The notes below the pieces were generated by a model. The model did not search any database, was not told the DNA's origin, and worked only from the letters and a program-made list of their open reading frames with translations. Source: Fimbriimonadia bacterium (lineage in GTDB: Bacteria; Armatimonadota; Fimbriimonadia; Fimbriimonadales; JABRVX01). From it: 64,000 bases of DNA. Positions 18,972 through 31,306 of this stretch are shown here, piece after piece; the stretch's first letter is position 1; the number at the start of each line of letters is the position of its first letter. A program made the translations under genes and the position numbers. The stretch spans positions 1-64,000 of the forward strand of contig JBGPGO010000012.1 of assembly GCA_041483895.1 (NCBI GenBank), written 5' to 3'.

Positions 18972-20054
18972 TTACCGTTTCCCGGAATCTTTCGAATAGG
19001 TTCCGTGGACCAGACCTTCCGCAGCGCCGCCCGCCGTGGCATCGGACTTCATGGCGCCGTCCCGAAGTTCCACGCCCTTCATATCCGCCTCGCCCGACGC
19101 ATCGTATAGGTAGGCGCCATTGGCCTTGCTGTGTAGCTGGCGCCGTTGGTTGAGGGAGTCCTTCACAAACCCGCCGCAGGTCTTCAGAGAGACGTCATTC
19201 TTGGCATTCTCTGGGGCGACGGCCGCGTCCGCCAGGAATCCCTTGAGCAGTCCATCCACCGACGCATCGAACAGCCTCGAACTGCCAAACATCTCCAGCG
19301 TCTGGATTTGACCGTCTATCACAAACATGACGCCGACGACATTGTTCTGCTTTTTGAGTCCATCCCGAAGCACTTTCAGACCTTTCTGGACCCTTTCTTG
19401 CACGGCTTTTTGGCTAATGCCGGCCTGAAGCGTCGAAGCGCCGGCCGACGCCTTAGCTTCCGAATTGTAGCCACGGACGTTTGCCCACACTTCCTGCTGC
19501 TCGCCGTAGGTGGCAGCCTTTTTCACACGCGTAGGAACGGTCGTATCGCCATACTCGAAGTGCATGCTGGAACCGGTCCATCGGCCTGGCTCCACACAAA
19601 AAACGGGAACATCCACCGTCTTACCCGGCGGAACGATCGTGTCCTTGGCGACGACTCGGTCCTGCTTGCCGCCGAGCAGCAGTTCGCCGGCGAGCAGCAG
19701 GAGCGGCTTCGGGCCGGAGTTGCGGACCTGCAGCGTGTCCACCTGCTCATCGCCGGGCACCTCGACAATTTCAATCCAGCCTTGCTTCTTGGCTTCGCCA
19801 AGCGTAATGTATTGGTCGGTGTCCGGCGCCTGTTTTCTCAGGACCACCGGCACGATCGCCATGTTGCCGGAGCGAATCGGATCGCCGAGGGCGTACATGG
19901 ACATGCCTTCGATGTCTTTCGAGCCGCTCGTAGTGCCGACGGATGTCGTCGGATTCGGACCCGATTCCGTGGGGTTGTGGGTCGTTTGCTTCTTGTTGCT
20001 CGCGCAACCGGCCAGCAGTATCAGTGATATGCTGAGGATTCCAATTGTTTTCAT
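18972..20054 (-). CDS. ARPP-1/DUF6569-domain lipoprotein
   Basis: Lipobox LAGC; GELLLGGKQDR...CVEPGRW motif. Confidence 0.75.
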   Translation of the reverse strand: MKTIGILSISLILLAGCASNKKQTTHNPTESGPNPTTSVGTTSGSKDIEGMSMYALGDPIRSGNMAIVPVVLRKQAPDTDQYITLGEAKKQGWIEIVEVPGDEQVDTLQVRNSGPKPLLLLAGELLLGGKQDRVVAKDTIVPPGKTVDVPVFCVEPGRWTGSSMHFEYGDTTVPTRVKKAATYGEQQEVWANVRGYNSEAKASAGASTLQAGISQKAVQERVQKGLKVLRDGLKKQNNVVGVMFVIDGQIQTLEMFGSSRLFDASVDGLLKGFLADAAVAPENAKNDVSLKTCGGFVKDSLNQRRQLHSKANGAYLYDASGEADMKGVELRDGAMKSDATAGGAAEGLVHGTYSKDSGKR

Positions 20055-20177
20055 CGTAGCCCCCTTTGTGATTGTTTAGTGTGATTCCAGGGTCGAGATG
20101 GTTCATTTGCGCCGGGAAGCAACTGGTGTTTCCCAATCTATTAATGCGATCCGGGGCCTGAGCGGTACTATATAGAT

Positions 20178-21566
20178 ATGCAAATAGGGATTCCACTTGC
20201 GTTCGTTGGCTGCATTTGCCTGGCGGCAGGTTGCTCACACCAAGCACCACGCACAGAGACATCCAGAGCCGAAGAACTCATCGCATCGCTAACATCACTC
20301 AAGGGAACTGGCGTGGATGCGTATTTCATGACGGAGGCGCGTGGGTTCATGCCGGTACCTTGGGAACCCAGATGGCTGCGTTGGTCGCGAACAGCGGTCC
20401 CGCAACCGTCCAAGGAATTGACCGAGCTGGTCAAGATGGGTGTAGATGCCCTTCCCGTCCTGCTGAATCATGTAGACGATCCGCGGAAAACCGGCATGAC
20501 TGTACATGGATACGTTGGGGAGTACTACGACGGGAGATACCCGACGACGGCAAAGGAGATTTTCTCTGCGCGTCAAAAGGCGCCGGTCGATCATACGGTG
20601 CGCGTCGGAGATATGTGCTATTTTGTCATTGGTCAGATCGTCAACCGTGACCTGCAGCCAATCCCGGCGGCATTTCCTCTGGGCACTCCAATGGGGGGCG
20701 AAATGGGGCCGCCTGAAATCCATTCACCGATCCTTACGCCAAATTTGGCCGCTCACGTGAGGAAGGATTGGTCGGGGCTGACCAAGGAGCAACACATCGA
20801 GTCATTGCTTGCTGACTATCATGCTGTTGATTACACGATGAGGCCCCTAGAAGGCTTGAAGCGGTTTGCCTTCTATTATCCCAAAGAGAGCGAAGCAATT
20901 CTAACTCAGATGCTTGATCGGCAATTGATTGGGTGGACAGGGTACACGCGCGTCTTCGACTTTGTGCATAAGGAACTGTTGCGTAACGCGGATTCGTCGA
21001 AGTGGGCGGAGATGATTACCATGTTCAGCAGGTCAAATCCGACACTTGCAGATTATGTGCCGATGCTACTGCGACGACGGTACTTGGAACTGCGTATAAC
21101 ACTGGACAAAAGTAATTGGCCGAAAAAAGCAAAGGAGGTGGTTGATTGGCAACGCAATCGCGATGAGTGCCAACGGGCTCTGACGATCCTTCAGACCTGC
21201 TTTCCGAAATACAACATTACAAGTCCGCCAGCGGGTCAATCCGCCGAGATGTTTGCGCAACAGGGAATTGTGGAAGCTCTAAGCAATAATCTGTCCCCTT
21301 CGCTTCGTGAGGCATGCCGTAATTTATTCAAAAGGTTGGATCCGGATCTGCCAAATGCCGATGATCGATTGCAACAAGATCTCCTTGCCATCGCTCTCAT
21401 GCCAAAACTCGCTGGACATGGCCACGACAACGAATACCTTCCGTATTTTCGCAAACGCGTCGAATTCATCGAAAAGCGCGTCGATCCGAGCGCTCAGCAG
21501 TACGCCCAGCTACCGGACCTGAAGGAGTGGATGCAGCGTTTGGCTTCACAACCAAGTACCGAATAG
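20178..21566 (+). CDS. hypothetical lipoprotein
   Basis: Lipobox AAGC; 462 aa; TACTAT 6 nt before ATG. Confidence 0.7.
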   Translation: MQIGIPLAFVGCICLAAGCSHQAPRTETSRAEELIASLTSLKGTGVDAYFMTEARGFMPVPWEPRWLRWSRTAVPQPSKELTELVKMGVDALPVLLNHVDDPRKTGMTVHGYVGEYYDGRYPTTAKEIFSARQKAPVDHTVRVGDMCYFVIGQIVNRDLQPIPAAFPLGTPMGGEMGPPEIHSPILTPNLAAHVRKDWSGLTKEQHIESLLADYHAVDYTMRPLEGLKRFAFYYPKESEAILTQMLDRQLIGWTGYTRVFDFVHKELLRNADSSKWAEMITMFSRSNPTLADYVPMLLRRRYLELRITLDKSNWPKKAKEVVDWQRNRDECQRALTILQTCFPKYNITSPPAGQSAEMFAQQGIVEALSNNLSPSLREACRNLFKRLDPDLPNADDRLQQDLLAIALMPKLAGHGHDNEYLPYFRKRVEFIEKRVDPSAQQYAQLPDLKEWMQRLASQPSTE

Positions 21567-24500
21567 TCATTCCTCCTTCCACTCCGGCACGCGTCCGGGC
21601 GTGTGGACGACGCCTGCCGCGTCCAAGTGTTTGTCTAGTTGCGGCATGTCTTTCGTGGCGATGGCGCGCAGCTTCGGGAGGACCTCGGCGAATTCATCGG
21701 AAGCGATCGAAACGGAATCCACGCGAGTTTTGGTGGGCGGAACCGGGTTGGCAAGCTGCGAAAACGTGACGTCGTTGACGCGGCTGACGATCGTTGGGGG
21801 TTGGGGGCGGCCGAGGATGTTCCCTGTGCTATCGCCGCGCATCGAACGGTCAATCTCTTGCAATCGATCTTGTATGGCGAGGGCCTCCTTCCGAAGGCTC
21901 GGCGGCGCGGTCGGGGTTGCCTCGATGGCGCCGAGGATTACGGTCAGACGGGCGTTGAGGCTATCAAGAATCTCGAGCGCGCCGACCACCGCCCGCTGCA
22001 GTTTTGTCACCTTCTCCCGATACGCCTCCATTGCTGCGCGGTCCGTCGCGGTCACCTTGCCGTCGAACTCCCCAACAATGCGGAATGGTGTCGGTGGGAC
22101 AAGCTCCGTCACCACGCCGTTTTCGCGTTTGGCCAGCGAGACCTTGTAGTCCCCCGGCATCGCTTGGAAACCTCCGCCACCACCGCCGCGACGCCTGCCG
22201 CGACGACCGACAGGTTCCGCGCCGGGCGCCGAGAAGCCGGGTCCGCGCATGTCCCATTCGGCGCGATGGAAACCGCCGGTAGCGGCCTCGGAAATCGTTC
22301 TGATCGGGTTGCCCTTTGCATCGGTGATCGTAAGCAGGAAGGACGCCGGGTCCTCGTCCGCTTCCGCGCGCAGTTGCTCCGGAGTGGGGAACGGGAGCGG
22401 CTTGCCCGCCTTCTCGGCTTCACGCTCCGCATCCTCCCGTTTCTGCTTTAGGCTCTTCACCCCGTCCTTGGCATAGTAGGCAATGCTAACGCCCGACGGA
22501 GGATTTGCCGCGGAGTAGGCGGTCTCCCCTTGCTCCGGATGGCCACCGTACGGAACAAATTCGTATGTGTCGCGGATGGGTAGGATGGCCGCGGTCCTGT
22601 CGCTCAGCGTTGCCTCTTCGCGCAAGGCGGCATAGTTGTCCAAAATATAGATGCCGCGGCCGAAGGTGCCCACAACGAGGTCGCATTCGCGTTTTTGGAT
22701 GACCAAATCTCGGACCGCGATCGTGGGAAGTCCGCCGTGCAGCCGCTTCCATTTCTGCCCGCCGTCGACGGTGTAATAGAGTCCAAATTCCGTGCCGACG
22801 AATAGCAGATTTGGATCGACAAAATCTTCCGCGATCGATAGCACGGGTTCGGTCTTGGGCAGGTCTCCATTGATCGATGTCCAAGTGAAGCCACGGTCAA
22901 TGCTTTTCATCAAGTAGGGCGCATAGTCGGCATTCTTGTGATTGTCGAAGAGGGCATAGACAACGTTGGCGTCGTGTTGGGATGCCAGCAGCCTGCCGAC
23001 GTAGGTCATCGCCGGCACACCCTCCACCTTCTCGACTTTTCGCCAACTGGCGCCGCCGTCTTCCGTTACCTGGATCAGGCCGTCGTCGGTGCCAACGTAG
23101 ATCAGTCCCTCTTTCTTGGGCGATTCGGTCAGTGAGATGATGTTGCCGTAATAGGATGTGGATTGGCCTCGCGCGATGTCGTCCAGCTTTGGCAATTTGC
23201 CAAATACTTTCAGGGTGTTCGGGTCGATTTTTCGCGTCAAGTCGGGGCTGATCGCATGCCACGAATCCCCGCGATCATCGCTCCGAAAAAGAATGTTAGA
23301 GCCGAAGTAGATGCGCGTGTGCGAGTGGGGGCTGATGAGCAAGGGTGTGTCCCAATACCAGTGCAGCGCCGGCTCGCCCTTGCCCGGCTGCGGTTGAATG
23401 TCAACCGATAATTTGGTGGTGCGATCGAATCGAACCAGGCCGCCATCTTGCGCTTCGGAGTACACCGTGTTGGGGTCGGTCGGGTCCACCTGTTGGTGAA
23501 AACCGTCGCCTCCCGTCGTGATGAACCAGTCGGGGCTGAGCACTCCTTCCGGGTTTTTCGATCGCGACGGGCCGCCGATGCTGTTGTTGTCCTGCGTGCC
23601 GCCATACACATAATAGAACGGCTCCGAATTGTCCACGGCGATGCGATAGAACTGTGCGATTGGCAGATTGGTTTTGAAAATCCACGTCGCGCCCTGATCG
23701 AAACTTTCGTACGCGCCGCCATCGCAACCTGCTAACAGGTGGCGCGGGTCGGACGGATCCACCCAGAGCGCGTGATTGTCGACGTGCTTGTTACGTTCGC
23801 CGAGCGGGATGGTCGTCTTGCCGCCATCGGTAGAGACCATGTTGATGCCGCTAGGGATGTACACGCGCTCCGAGTCTTTCGGATCGCAGACGATCTGTCC
23901 GTAGTACATGCCTTGCGCCACAAAGTCACCGCGCTTCTCCCAAGAGGCGCCGTAGTTCGTCGATCGGTAGGTGCCTCCGCCGCCTTCTCCGGCCTCGATC
24001 GTTGCGTAGAGATAGTCGGGATTTGCGGGCGAGATGGCGAGGCCGATCCGGCCCATCTCGCCCGGAAGGCCGCCTCCCAATTTCGTCCATGTTTCGCCGC
24101 CGTCGGTTGATTTATGGATGCCGCTTTCCGGTCCGCCGCCGATATAGGTGTACTCATGCCTTCGCCGTTGCCACGACGCCGCATACATGACATTGCTGTC
24201 TCGCGGATCCAGCACCACGTCGGTCACGCCGGTGTTCTCGCTGATTGATAGGACGTTTTTCCAGGTCTTGCCGCCGTCCGTGGTCTTGAACAGCCCGCGC
24301 TCGCCGCCGGGACCCCAAATGGGTCCCTGCGCCGCGACGAAGACGGTGGTCGGGTGGTCGGGATTGATGGCGATGCGGCCGATATGCTCGCTGGTCTTTA
24401 GACCCATGTTTTTCCAAGATTTGCCGCCGTCTTCCGACTTGTACACCCCGTCGCCCCATCCCACGCTGCGTTGGCCGTTGCACTCTCCTGTTCCGACCCA

Positions 24501-24818
24501 GACGATGTTCGGATTCTTTGGATCGATTGTGATCGCTCCGATGGAGGCGGTCCGCTGGTCGTCGAAGATGGGGGTGAAGGTTGTGCCGTTGTTGGTCGTT
24601 TTCCACACGCCACCATAGGCCGCGGCGACAAAGTAGCGCTTGGAATCCGTCGGATCGACGGCGAAGGCGATTACCCGGCCTGATGTGACCGCCGGGCCGA
24701 TGGACCGAAATGTGATGTGGTCGCCAATCGAGACGGATTCGGATTTGCCGTGCTTTTGCGCGAAGCAGGGCGTGATGAGGAGGATAATGGCGATTCGGGC
24801 GAACGTGGGCAGGTTCAT
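21567..24818 (-). CDS. VPS10/sortilin-like BNR-repeat beta-propeller (glycosyl hydrolase-like)
   Basis: Many S/T-xDGGxxW boxes; GPxxxSGR and GGTQDN motifs. Confidence 0.88.
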   Translation of the reverse strand: MNLPTFARIAIILLITPCFAQKHGKSESVSIGDHITFRSIGPAVTSGRVIAFAVDPTDSKRYFVAAAYGGVWKTTNNGTTFTPIFDDQRTASIGAITIDPKNPNIVWVGTGECNGQRSVGWGDGVYKSEDGGKSWKNMGLKTSEHIGRIAINPDHPTTVFVAAQGPIWGPGGERGLFKTTDGGKTWKNVLSISENTGVTDVVLDPRDSNVMYAASWQRRRHEYTYIGGGPESGIHKSTDGGETWTKLGGGLPGEMGRIGLAISPANPDYLYATIEAGEGGGGTYRSTNYGASWEKRGDFVAQGMYYGQIVCDPKDSERVYIPSGINMVSTDGGKTTIPLGERNKHVDNHALWVDPSDPRHLLAGCDGGAYESFDQGATWIFKTNLPIAQFYRIAVDNSEPFYYVYGGTQDNNSIGGPSRSKNPEGVLSPDWFITTGGDGFHQQVDPTDPNTVYSEAQDGGLVRFDRTTKLSVDIQPQPGKGEPALHWYWDTPLLISPHSHTRIYFGSNILFRSDDRGDSWHAISPDLTRKIDPNTLKVFGKLPKLDDIARGQSTSYYGNIISLTESPKKEGLIYVGTDDGLIQVTEDGGASWRKVEKVEGVPAMTYVGRLLASQHDANVVYALFDNHKNADYAPYLMKSIDRGFTWTSINGDLPKTEPVLSIAEDFVDPNLLFVGTEFGLYYTVDGGQKWKRLHGGLPTIAVRDLVIQKRECDLVVGTFGRGIYILDNYAALREEATLSDRTAAILPIRDTYEFVPYGGHPEQGETAYSAANPPSGVSIAYYAKDGVKSLKQKREDAEREAEKAGKPLPFPTPEQLRAEADEDPASFLLTITDAKGNPIRTISEAATGGFHRAEWDMRGPGFSAPGAEPVGRRGRRRGGGGGGFQAMPGDYKVSLAKRENGVVTELVPPTPFRIVGEFDGKVTATDRAAMEAYREKVTKLQRAVVGALEILDSLNARLTVILGAIEATPTAPPSLRKEALAIQDRLQEIDRSMRGDSTGNILGRPQPPTIVSRVNDVTFSQLANPVPPTKTRVDSVSIASDEFAEVLPKLRAIATKDMPQLDKHLDAAGVVHTPGRVPEWKEE

Positions 24819-24899
24819 CGTACTCTCCATTGCGTGGGGTGTTGTTAAGTAATGGTACGGAGCGGGTCGGGGGAGTCCTTTTTTGTAAGGATGTTGCTC

Positions 24900-26009
24900 C
24901 TAGACCATGCCCTCGTGCGGGTCGCGGGCGGCATGCGCGGGAAGCTCCGCGGGCAACCGCAAACTGGCCGACCCGATCCGAACATCATCGACACCGAAAT
25001 AGATGTCGAAACGATCCGGCTGGCCGATGTCGGTGCGCTGATCCATTCCGGTTGGGAAGATCACCCGATCCGCGATCTTGTGGTTGATATGCAATACCGG
25101 CCGCTCGGAACGGAACACAATCTTCTGTGGCTGGTCCTTGTCGAGAATCATGAGACCGGCGGAATATTCGAGGCGATTATGCTCCCGCCCGACACCGTGG
25201 TAGAGCAAGAGCCAACCGAAACGCGTCAACACGGGGGGAGTGCCGCCGCCTACCTTGATCCGTTCCCAACGCTCAACCGGCGCCGCCAGACGGTGATGCT
25301 CCTGGAAGCTCCGCAAGTGCGGCAAAGAGTCTTCGCAATGAGTTCCTTGGGGCGCGCAAGCAGAATAGGATATCCAGAGGCTTTCGCGATGCAGGTCCAT
25401 CTGCCGATATTCCGGGTGGTTATCGATTTTATCGATGGCTGTCTCCGGAAATAGCGGCCGGTGGATGATTGGAAAGGATGGCTTGCAGGACACGTTCGGC
25501 AATGCTTGCGGGAAGATCAAAGCGTCCTTGTTGTCCAGGCCTGCGAAGTGGACGCCGTAGAACTCGTGAAACTTCGCCAAACCTATGCGTTCCCACTTCA
25601 TTAGGTCGTACGAAGCCGCTAGCGCGATGCGGGGGCCGATGGGAGAGAACGCAGTATAGGTCATGATGTATGTGTCCAGCGGTTCCACGAAGGTGACCCG
25701 CGGATCCTCGCAGCCGCCTCCGTCAGATCGCAATTCATAGTCCGCTTCCGGTTCCAGCGCGAATCCCAAACGCTCTACGCCGATCGGATCGCCCGCCCCG
25801 TTGAACAGAACGCGGGATATCCCGATGCGAGAAAAGTTGGGCGGCTCGACGATGCGAGGGAAGATGTAAAGTTCGCCATCTCGGCCCCGAGCGGCGGCGG
25901 GGTTCAGCACGCCTGCGGCCTCTTGCCGCTCGCCCGGAAGCGGCTCCATCAGCGTTCCATGGCGGCGGACCTGGAAGATGGTGCTTAGTCGCGGTCCCTC
26001 GCTACTCAT
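24900..26009 (-). CDS. GH130 glycosidase
   Basis: LNPAA, CEDPRV, NKD, GGGTPP and YHGV motifs. Confidence 0.88.
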   Translation of the reverse strand: MSSEGPRLSTIFQVRRHGTLMEPLPGERQEAAGVLNPAAARGRDGELYIFPRIVEPPNFSRIGISRVLFNGAGDPIGVERLGFALEPEADYELRSDGGGCEDPRVTFVEPLDTYIMTYTAFSPIGPRIALAASYDLMKWERIGLAKFHEFYGVHFAGLDNKDALIFPQALPNVSCKPSFPIIHRPLFPETAIDKIDNHPEYRQMDLHRESLWISYSACAPQGTHCEDSLPHLRSFQEHHRLAAPVERWERIKVGGGTPPVLTRFGWLLLYHGVGREHNRLEYSAGLMILDKDQPQKIVFRSERPVLHINHKIADRVIFPTGMDQRTDIGQPDRFDIYFGVDDVRIGSASLRLPAELPAHAARDPHEGMV

Positions 26010-27522
26010 CGCCATCCTCTTCGGCGATAAGCGGCGGCAGCCAACTCCGGCCGTCGCGCGCAATCAGACCCTCAGCCTCTTCCGGCCCCCAGCTTCCGGC
26101 GGGATAGTTCGGGTAGTCCGGCGCCGGCAACTCCTCCCACGCCTCGAGAATCGGCGTCACGATGTTCCATGCCGCCTCTTCCTGATCCGCGCGCATGAAG
26201 AGCGTCGCGTCACCCTCCATGATGTCGGACAGCAGTGTTTCATACGCCTCCGGCGGCTGGGCTTTGAATGCGTCTTTATAGCTAAACTCCATGTTCACCG
26301 CATCCAGAATCATCTTCGGTCCCGGCCGCTTCGCCTGCATGCGTAAAATGATTCCCTCTCGCGGCTGGATGTTCACGGTCATTCGGTTGGGAACCCAATG
26401 CGCCGCTGCGGCCGCCGGAAACGAGCGATGCGGCACGTCTCTGAACTGTATGGATACTTCCGCGACCTTCATAGGAAGCCGCTTGCCCGTACGGAGATAG
26501 AACGGGACGCCTTGCCACCGCCAATTGTCAATATGCAGCACCAATGCGGCAAATGTTTCCGTCTCCGATTCGGTACTCACGTTCTCCTCATCCCGATAGG
26601 CAGGCGCCTTTTCTCCCCGAACCCAACCCGCTCCATACTGACCCCGGACGGCATAGTGCTGCACCTGTTCCACCTGCATCGGCCGGACAGCCCGCAGCAC
26701 GTCGTTCTTGCGATTCCGGATTTCGGTGGCGTCGAAGGCGATTGGCGGTTCCATCGCGGTGAGGCAGAGCACCTGCAGCAGATGGTTTTGCACCATGTCG
26801 CGCAGCGCACCCGCCTTTTCATAGTAGTTGCCCCGGTGCTCCACGCCGATGCGTTCCGCCATCGTGATCTGCACGTGGTCCACATAACGCCGATTCCAGA
26901 TCGGCTCGAAGAGCGCGTTGGCAAATCGAAAGGCGAGGATGTTCTGAACCGTCTCTTTGCCGAGATAGTGATCGATCCGGAAGATCTGTTCTTCGTCGAA
27001 TACGGTGAGCAGGCAGCGATTCAGTTCTTGGGCCGATGCCAAATCGTGTCCGAACGGTTTTTCGACCACGATGCGGCTATGCTCCCGGTCTTCCGCCAAT
27101 TTTGCCGCGCCGATCCTCTGGACGATCTCTTCGATCATTGACGGCCCGACCGCCAGATAATAGACCCTCTCGGAAGCGCCACCGGCATCCTTTTCAAAAG
27201 CCTCCAGCCTACTGCGAATCTCTTTGAAACAGCCGTCATCCGAATAGTCGCCGGCCATGAATGCCAGGCGCCGGGCGAAATCCTGCCATGAATCATCCGT
27301 GCTTTTCGCTTTCGAGAAGGTGTCCACCCCGTTGCGCAAGTGGGATGCAAACTCCTCCTCCGAAAACACCTTGTGGTCTGTGCCAAGTAGGAGAAAACGG
27401 TCCGGCATTCTGCCGGAAGTGAACAGCTTGTAGAGCGCCGGGGCGATCATGCGCCAAGTTAGATCTCCACCCGCGCCGAAGATGACAAATCCCGTGGGAT
27501 GCTTATCGTTGTTCTTCAGCAT
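26002..27522 (-). CDS. zwf: glucose-6-phosphate 1-dehydrogenase
   Basis: GAGGDL, EKPFG and RIDHYLGKE motifs. Confidence 0.97.
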   Translation of the reverse strand: MLKNNDKHPTGFVIFGAGGDLTWRMIAPALYKLFTSGRMPDRFLLLGTDHKVFSEEEFASHLRNGVDTFSKAKSTDDSWQDFARRLAFMAGDYSDDGCFKEIRSRLEAFEKDAGGASERVYYLAVGPSMIEEIVQRIGAAKLAEDREHSRIVVEKPFGHDLASAQELNRCLLTVFDEEQIFRIDHYLGKETVQNILAFRFANALFEPIWNRRYVDHVQITMAERIGVEHRGNYYEKAGALRDMVQNHLLQVLCLTAMEPPIAFDATEIRNRKNDVLRAVRPMQVEQVQHYAVRGQYGAGWVRGEKAPAYRDEENVSTESETETFAALVLHIDNWRWQGVPFYLRTGKRLPMKVAEVSIQFRDVPHRSFPAAAAAHWVPNRMTVNIQPREGIILRMQAKRPGPKMILDAVNMEFSYKDAFKAQPPEAYETLLSDIMEGDATLFMRADQEEAAWNIVTPILEAWEELPAPDYPNYPAGSWGPEEAEGLIARDGRSWLPPLIAEEDGDE

Positions 27523-27524
27523 CG

Positions 27525-28940
27525 TTATGCGCCCGCCGACCAGTCCGTGTGGACCGGCCCTTTCGCGTCGATTCGCTCATAAGTATGCGAGCCGAAGTAG
27601 TCCCGCTGCGCCTGGATCAGATTCGCGGGCAGCCACCCGCTGCGGTAGGAGTCGTAATACGCGAGCGAGGCGGAGTGCGCGGCAACCGGCAGGCCACGCT
27701 CGATGGCAAACGCGATGACAGAGCGCAAGTCCGGGATGTTTTCCTGGAGCCGTCGGGAGAACGCCGGATCCAGCATCAGGTTGACGAGATCGGGCCGGCG
27801 AACGAAGGCGGCCTCCACGTCGGTCAGCATCGCCGCGCGGATGATGCATCCCCCTTGCCAAATCCGTGCGATGCTCTCCATGCGCAATTCGTAGCCATAT
27901 GCCTTCGAAGCCGCTTGCAGAAGGCACATCCCTTGCGCCAACGTCGCAACCATGCATGCCTGCAGCGCATTCTCCAGCCGCCCGACCCACTCATGTCCGC
28001 CCTGACCGACCGCCGGGCCGGACAGAATCTTACTCGCGTTCTCGCGCTCCGACTTGAGCCCGGACATATCTCTTAGGGAAACGGCGGCGTCAATGGTTGG
28101 AGACGGCACTTGCAGGTCCAGGGCGCTTTGCGCGGTCCACTTGCCGGTGCCTCTTTGCTTGGCCTCATCGAGGATATGGTCGACGAGTCTTCCGCCGGTC
28201 ACTTCGTCCACTTTTTGAAAAATCTCTGAAGTTATCTCGATCAAGAATCCTGCGATTGGCCCGGCGTTCCATTGCTGGTAGATGGTGGCCAGCTCGTCAT
28301 CCGAAAGGCCCAGACCGCGCGATAGGATGTCGTACGATTCCGCGATCATCTGGATCAGGCCGTACTCGATGCCGTTGTGCACCATCTTCACGTAGTGCCC
28401 GGCGGAACCGGGGCCCATGTAGTCCACGCAGATGACGTCGCCTGCGCGCGCGGCAATCGATTCCAGAATCGGTCGTATTCGCTCGTAGGCATCGCGGTCG
28501 CCGCCCGGCATCATGCTCGGGCCGTGCCGCGCGCCGTACTCGCCGCCGGAAACGCCCATGCCGACAAAGTGCAGACCCTTGCGGGTAAGCGCCGACACGC
28601 GCCGATCCGTATCGATGAAATGGGAATTCCCGGCATCGATAATCAGATCGCCCGGTTCGAACAGGGGAGTCAATTCATCAATGACGGCGTCCACTGGCCG
28701 GCCCGCGGGGACCAAGAGCATGACCGCGCGGGGCTTTTTCAATGCGGTTGCCAACTCTTCTGGCGTCCGGACTCCAAGCAAAGGCTTTCCCCGGCCCTCC
28801 ACCGCCAGCGCCGTCACCTTGGCTTCGTCCGTGTCGAGCCCCACACCCGAGAAGCCATGGTCAGCGATGTTGAGCAGAAGATTTCGACCCATCACTCCAA
28901 GGCCGACCATGCCGATATCGTATGTACCCGCGTCTGGCAT
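27525..28940 (-). CDS. gndA: NADP-dependent 6-phosphogluconate dehydrogenase
   Basis: [17 protein letters not shown] and [12 protein letters not shown] motifs. Confidence 0.97.
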   Translation of the reverse strand: MPDAGTYDIGMVGLGVMGRNLLLNIADHGFSGVGLDTDEAKVTALAVEGRGKPLLGVRTPEELATALKKPRAVMLLVPAGRPVDAVIDELTPLFEPGDLIIDAGNSHFIDTDRRVSALTRKGLHFVGMGVSGGEYGARHGPSMMPGGDRDAYERIRPILESIAARAGDVICVDYMGPGSAGHYVKMVHNGIEYGLIQMIAESYDILSRGLGLSDDELATIYQQWNAGPIAGFLIEITSEIFQKVDEVTGGRLVDHILDEAKQRGTGKWTAQSALDLQVPSPTIDAAVSLRDMSGLKSERENASKILSGPAVGQGGHEWVGRLENALQACMVATLAQGMCLLQAASKAYGYELRMESIARIWQGGCIIRAAMLTDVEAAFVRRPDLVNLMLDPAFSRRLQENIPDLRSVIAFAIERGLPVAAHSASLAYYDSYRSGWLPANLIQAQRDYFGSHTYERIDAKGPVHTDWSAGA

Positions 28941-28984
28941 TAGAACATCCCCTTTGCGCCTACCGTTCGATCCTACCTTGGCGG

Positions 28985-31303
28985 CTACAGCTTTGTCTTT
29001 GCCAATCGCAAAGCGTTGGTGATGACGGAAACGGAGCTGAAGCTCATGGCCAACGCGGCGAAAACAGGACTGAGGAGAAGGCCGAACACGGGATAGAGGA
29101 CACCGGCGGCGATGGGCACTCCTAAAGCATTGTAAATGAACGCAAAGAACAGGTTTTGACGGATGTTGCGCATCACGAGGCCGCTGAGCCGCCGTGCCCG
29201 GACGATTCCACGAAGGTCGCCTTTTACGAGCGTAATCCCCGCACTCTCGATTGCGATATCCGTGCCCGTGCCCATCGCGATCCCGACATTGGCCTGCGAT
29301 AGAGCCGGAGCGTCGTTGATTCCGTCCCCCGCCATCGCGACAATTCGGCCTTCCTGTTGGAAACGCTTGACAATTTCGGTCTTTCGGTTCGGCAACACCT
29401 CGGCCTCCACTTCCGAAATGCCGAGCTGGGACGCCACCGCCTCCGCCGTCGTTCGGCTATCGCCCGTGAGCATGACGATTCGCAGTCCCGCCGCTCGGAG
29501 ATCTTCCAGCGCTTTGGGCGTCGTCTCCTTGATTGGGTCGGCGATGCCAATAAGACCCGCGATTGCTCCGCCGCTAACGACGAACACGACCGTCTGGGCC
29601 TCCTTTCGCAGCATCTCCGCTTGGGTCCCAAATTCCTGTGCGTCAATCCCCATCTGACGGAGCAGCTCCCGGTTCCCGATGGCGACGTCCGTCGCGTTTT
29701 GGATCGCTTGCACCCCTTTGCCGGTGATCGACTGGAATTCCGACGTTGGCAACGGGGCGATCGAGCGCTCCTTCGCGGCGGCGAGAATGGCGGCGGACAA
29801 TGGATGCTCGCTGCCCTGCTCCATGCCTGTGGCGACCGAAAGCAGCTCTTGTTCGGAAACACCTGACGCCAGCCGAATCGTGACCACCTTGGGCTTCCCT
29901 TCGGTGAGCGTTCCCGTCTTGTCCATCACGAGCGTATCGACCTTCTCGAACGTTTCCAGCGCCTCCGCGTTCTTGATCAGGACTCCCTCATGGGCTCCCC
30001 GCCCCGTGCCGACCATGATCGACATCGGAGTCGCGAGCCCAAGGGCGCAAGGGCAAGCGATGATCAGGACCGCGACGGCGTTGATCACAGCGTATGCCAT
30101 TGAGGGCGCGGGCCCAAAAACCGCCCACACAACGAAGGTGACGACGGCCGCGAGGATCACGGTGGGAACGAAATAGGCGGAGACTTGGTCGGCGAGTCGT
30201 TGGATGGGCGCGCGACTGCGCTGGGCCTCGCTTACCATCTTGACAATCTGCGCCAGCAGTGTGTCGGTCCCGACTCGTTCGGCACGCATAATCAACGAGC
30301 CCGTGCCGTTGACCGTTGCCCCAATTACCCGATCGCCGACTGCCTTTCCAACCGGCATCGCCTCGCCGGTCACCATCGATTCGTCCACGTTGCTTCGGCC
30401 CTCATTCACGATGCCGTCCACGGGGACCTTCTCTCCGGGACGAACCCGGAGCAGGTCTCCGACATGGATGTGCTCGATCGGCACATCTTCTTCCGTGCCG
30501 TCCGGATTGACGCGCCGTGCGGTCTTTGGGGCGAGGCCAAGAAGCATCTTGATGGCCATGCTTGTCCGGCTTCTCGCGCGCAGTTCGAGCACTTGGCCGA
30601 GAAGGACGAGCGTGGTAATGACGGCGGCGGCCTCGAAATACAGATCAACCCCACCAGCCTCGTTTCGGAACGAACCTGGGAAAATCTCGGGCGCCAGTAC
30701 ACCAACGATGCTGTAAAGCCATGCGACACCGGTTCCGATTGCAATCAGAGTGAACATGTTGGCGCTGCGATGAACGAGGGAGGCCCAAGCACGCTGAAAG
30801 AACGGCCATCCTCCCCAAAGAACAACCGGGGTGCCCAGCGCCAATTCCGCCCAACCCAAGACTTTGGGACTAAGGTGCATCGTGGTTTCCATGCCGAACA
30901 CGTGCGGCATAATTGCGGCGAGCAATGGCAGCGTCAAGGCGGTGCTAATCCAAAACCGACGGGTCATTTGCGTCAGTTCCGGATCCGGCTGGTCGTCGAG
31001 GCTAACGGTTTCTGGTTCAAGCGCCATTCCGCAAATGGGACACGATCCTGGACCGCGTTGCCGAATCTGGGGATGCATTGGGCAAATGTACCAAGCTTCA
31101 GAATCTTCGGGCGCAGCCGCTTTGGACGTCAAGAAGGATTCGGGATTGGCCGAAAAGCGTTCCAGGCAACTCTTGCCGCAAAAATAGTACGTTTGGCCCT
31201 TGTAGTCGAAGGAGCCGGCGCTGCCCGTGGAATCAATGCCCATCCCGCAGACGGGATCAATCACTTGGTTCGCTTCGGAAGAATCTTCGTTCGCTTGGAT
31301 CAT
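28985..31303 (-). CDS. copA: Cu(I)-translocating P1B-type ATPase with YHS domain
   Basis: DPVCGM/YYFC, CPMHP, TGE, CPC, DKTGT, GDGIND, YN and MxxSS motifs. Confidence 0.95.
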   Translation of the reverse strand: MIQANEDSSEANQVIDPVCGMGIDSTGSAGSFDYKGQTYYFCGKSCLERFSANPESFLTSKAAAPEDSEAWYICPMHPQIRQRGPGSCPICGMALEPETVSLDDQPDPELTQMTRRFWISTALTLPLLAAIMPHVFGMETTMHLSPKVLGWAELALGTPVVLWGGWPFFQRAWASLVHRSANMFTLIAIGTGVAWLYSIVGVLAPEIFPGSFRNEAGGVDLYFEAAAVITTLVLLGQVLELRARSRTSMAIKMLLGLAPKTARRVNPDGTEEDVPIEHIHVGDLLRVRPGEKVPVDGIVNEGRSNVDESMVTGEAMPVGKAVGDRVIGATVNGTGSLIMRAERVGTDTLLAQIVKMVSEAQRSRAPIQRLADQVSAYFVPTVILAAVVTFVVWAVFGPAPSMAYAVINAVAVLIIACPCALGLATPMSIMVGTGRGAHEGVLIKNAEALETFEKVDTLVMDKTGTLTEGKPKVVTIRLASGVSEQELLSVATGMEQGSEHPLSAAILAAAKERSIAPLPTSEFQSITGKGVQAIQNATDVAIGNRELLRQMGIDAQEFGTQAEMLRKEAQTVVFVVSGGAIAGLIGIADPIKETTPKALEDLRAAGLRIVMLTGDSRTTAEAVASQLGISEVEAEVLPNRKTEIVKRFQQEGRIVAMAGDGINDAPALSQANVGIAMGTGTDIAIESAGITLVKGDLRGIVRARRLSGLVMRNIRQNLFFAFIYNALGVPIAAGVLYPVFGLLLSPVFAALAMSFSSVSVITNALRLAKTKL

Positions 31304-31306
31304 CGT

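Noticed and set aside
10013..26009. Three GH130 genes as one utilisation locus
   Set aside because: They are dispersed, divergent, in separate transcription units, and lack a shared transporter or regulator.
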